The position numbers were made by a program, and so were the translations under genes. A stretch of 64,000 bases of DNA, taken from the NCBI GenBank assembly GCA_030704615.1, contig CM060734.1, positions 16,182,001-16,246,000 of the forward strand, given 5' to 3'. The notes below the pieces were generated by a model. It was not told the DNA's origin and did no database searches. It worked only from the letters and a program-made list of their open reading frames with translations. Each line of letters opens with the position of its first letter. Position 1 is the stretch's first letter. Source of the stretch: Takakia lepidozioides (taxonomy: Eukaryota; Plantae; Bryophyta). This document shows, piece after piece, positions 63,501-64,000 of the stretch.

Positions 63501-64000
63501 GAGTCTCAGAGGGAATCATCTGCCTCCGATAGTGAAGATGGATTCGATGATGCTCCTGAAAATGCGTATGACCCGTTTACATTCACAGATGAGGATGCTT
63601 ATATCCAATCGATCTTTGATGACCTTCTTGAAGAAGTGCGTATCGCAGATGAAGGTGAAGCTGCAATCGTATCATCCCCAGAACATGGTCCTCAAAATGA
63701 AGTTGGGGTCGACCCTCGCCCCCCACTACACGCTGAAGCCACCGGTAGTGCCCCAATGGAGCTTAGGGGTGATGTACTGCCAGGACCGATCGACGTACGC
63801 AACCCAGTTCATACAAACGATGGTGTCGAACCCATTGTACAGTCAACGGGACGGGATCATGCCTCACCGATACGACCAGCTCCACCACAATGCCAAAACC
63901 GATCCAGTTCCCCATCAACACAGCGGGCATTAAGGAGCAACAGGGTTGATCTGTTTTCCACACGCATGCATCATTCTGCTGCATTGGACCGGGCGGAAGT
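60539..64000 (+). mobile_element. hAT transposon (left end plus degenerate transposase), running off the window
   Basis: Starts CAGGGATGTACC. Subterminal ggcggtcgc / gcgaccgc repeats at 60750-61050. Confidence 0.8.
61489..63650 (+). pseudogene. hAT transposase (BED-like finger, DUF659 core, hATC dimerisation domain) with frameshifts and stops
   Basis: CNLC...HL...C; GSTICADGW; IVQICTDNA...GCAAHIFDLLLED; HEWWDLIG...AKRILAQVCSASSCERNWS. Confidence 0.88.

Overview
This is eukaryotic, transposon-rich land-plant nuclear DNA. PLS-type PPR remnants and the transposon families suggest a seed-free plant, which is inference only. There are two intact, convergent host genes: a 13-exon GH47 alpha-1,2-mannosidase (MNS1/2-like, 20211-32064 +) and a 6-exon NADPH:quinone oxidoreductase (37252-32644 -). 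Around them lie a rearranged Ty3/Gypsy element, a CACTA remnant with three captured RPS3a gene pieces, a hAT MITE, RTE-X-like LINE copies with 13-14 bp TSDs, a Dualen/RandI-like LINE, decayed OSB-PDF/PPR fusion gene copies and a degenerate hAT. The standout is an ~11.4 kb Mutator-like element (46555-57910). It encodes a GCM/WRKY-DDE-SWIM transposase and, divergently, an apparently intact 9-exon ~1080 aa cargo protein. That protein combines a ParB/Srx-like DGNHR domain with a bacterial-type beta-class N4C/N6A DNA methyltransferase fold. Its introns carry arrays of ~22 bp palindromes. A related non-autonomous copy (15346-17105) has palindromes in the homologous intron with the same GTTGAC-like core but different arms. 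All domain calls come from recognising motifs by eye; no searches were run.
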